The notes under the pieces: model-generated
What the model was told of the DNA's origin: nothing
Databases searched by the model: none
What the model saw: the letters and a program-made list of their open reading frames with translations, nothing else
Source of the DNA: Monocercomonoides exilis PA203
Taxonomy: Eukaryota; Protista; Preaxostyla
Length of the DNA stretch: 64,000 bases
Reading direction: 5' to 3'
NCBI GenBank assembly: GCA_001643675.2
Contig: LSRY02000035.1
Coordinates: 682,001-746,000 of the forward strand
Position numbers and translations under genes: made by a program
Part shown: one piece after another, positions 62,780 to 64,000 of the stretch
How positions within the stretch are numbered: position 1 is the first letter of the stretch
Layout: every line of letters starts with the position of its first letter

Positions 62780-64000
62780 CCATAAAATCAAATCCAAAAG
62801 TCTGAAGAAGCCAAATACAGCTCGTTATCAAAAATTGGCTGATGAACATCCTTTAAAAAGGCAGAGATAACAACTCCTTTCACTAAGTCATCAATTTTCA
62901 CTGTTCCGCAACCTATCGTGTTTGCAAAAGCATATTTCAATCGATTCTGAATTTATCTGTGATTATTCTTTACTGCTCAAAATATTTTCTCAACTCTTCT
63001 GATAAGCTAAGTGCATTCTTCGTTCCTCGATTCACAACAAAGAAAATTATCCATCACAACTTTAAGCAATCCATCAAAATAAGCTCTTTTTTTATTTCTT
63101 TTTCTCTCTTCTCTTCTTTCTCTCTTTTTTAATCCACATGCTTTTATGGATCTTCCAGTTCTCTTACTGCTTCTCTTGCAAAATGCAGTTCATTTGTGAT
63201 CACTTCTTCTTAGACTTCTTTGTGAAATCCATAAATCAAATAATCCCAAGCACACTGATAGGCAAGCTGAGTGAGATCACAATGATTCTGATGATTCTGA
63301 ATAATCTTTTTGATTTCATTGAAGAAACGTTCTTTTTCAAATAACTAATAAAAAAATGATAATGAAATTCAAAAATATCAAAAAGGAAATAGAAGTGCTT
63401 ATTAATGTCACTCAATGTTGCTCATAGCCAACAATGCAATTTCCACTTTCTTCTGAGCTTCTTCGGTCTTGTCTTTCTTCGAGGTAACCTTCAGAAGGCG
63501 AGGCACATAAATTGGTATCAATTCATCTGAAAGGATAGAAAAATTCAGCAAAGCAAAGCAATCGCAAAGATCAACAAAAAGCCTTCCGTTCTTTTCTTCC
63601 TTTTTTCTTCTTCAAAAATCATCTTTTGAATAAAATTTTTTCAATAATTATTCTTCAAAATCATCAACCCAAGCTTCTTTCGAAGCTTTGCAATATCCAG
63701 TGGGCTTCAACAAAAAAATGAATTTCCCGTTGATATTTTCTCTTCTTTAATCATTCTATCGATTTCGCTGTGAAGTTCTTTTGCAAAAACAGATTTCTAT
63801 TATTTCCTATCCATTTCCCACATCACTTCATTCATTTCATCGATTTACTGCATGATTTTTTTCATTGTTAAAACAATTCTCCAGCTTTGAAAATGATTCT
63901 TCAAAAAATAAAAAAGAAAGAAAGAAATTCACTCATCATAATACAAACGTAAGAACATTACGCACCTGCTATCTTTTCAGCTTTTTTCTTGGTCTGATTG
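62780..64000 (-). pseudogene. Second disrupted copy of the same expanded hypothetical-protein family (5' end outside the window)
   Basis: Minus-strand fragments IDEMNEV..., VDLCDCFALL...VPRLLKVTSKKDKTEEAQKKVEIALLAMSNI and LTQLAYQCAWDYLI...VITNELHFAREAVRELE, with stops and frameshifts. Confidence 0.75.

Overview
Eukaryotic genomic DNA with AT-rich intergenic regions, short spliceosomal introns (GTTTG/GTATG...AG) and poly-Ser-rich proteins. The gene families strongly resemble the oxymonad Monocercomonoides; this is an inference from family resemblance, not a search result. The left ~45 kb is gene-dense: a Cys-rich surface-protein gene running off the left edge (apparent GC-AG intron), a FAM173-like methyltransferase, a stand-alone Nup98-like nucleoporin with NPF repeats, a 3041-aa receptor-like pseudokinase, a ~5,800-aa Ser-rich protein with a candidate split PEHE domain, UTP18 and an NTF2-domain protein. 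Two apparently identical 1010-bp TIR elements also lie here. The right ~19 kb holds degenerate inverted-repeat elements, a kinase-less polo-box pseudogene and an intact Merlin/ISXO2-like transposase with 476-bp TIRs. The most notable feature is a 3,045-bp hAT-like non-autonomous element (15-bp TIRs, perfect 8-bp TSD) carrying an intron-containing copy of a host multigene family. A related second element may start right next to it and carry another copy of the same family.
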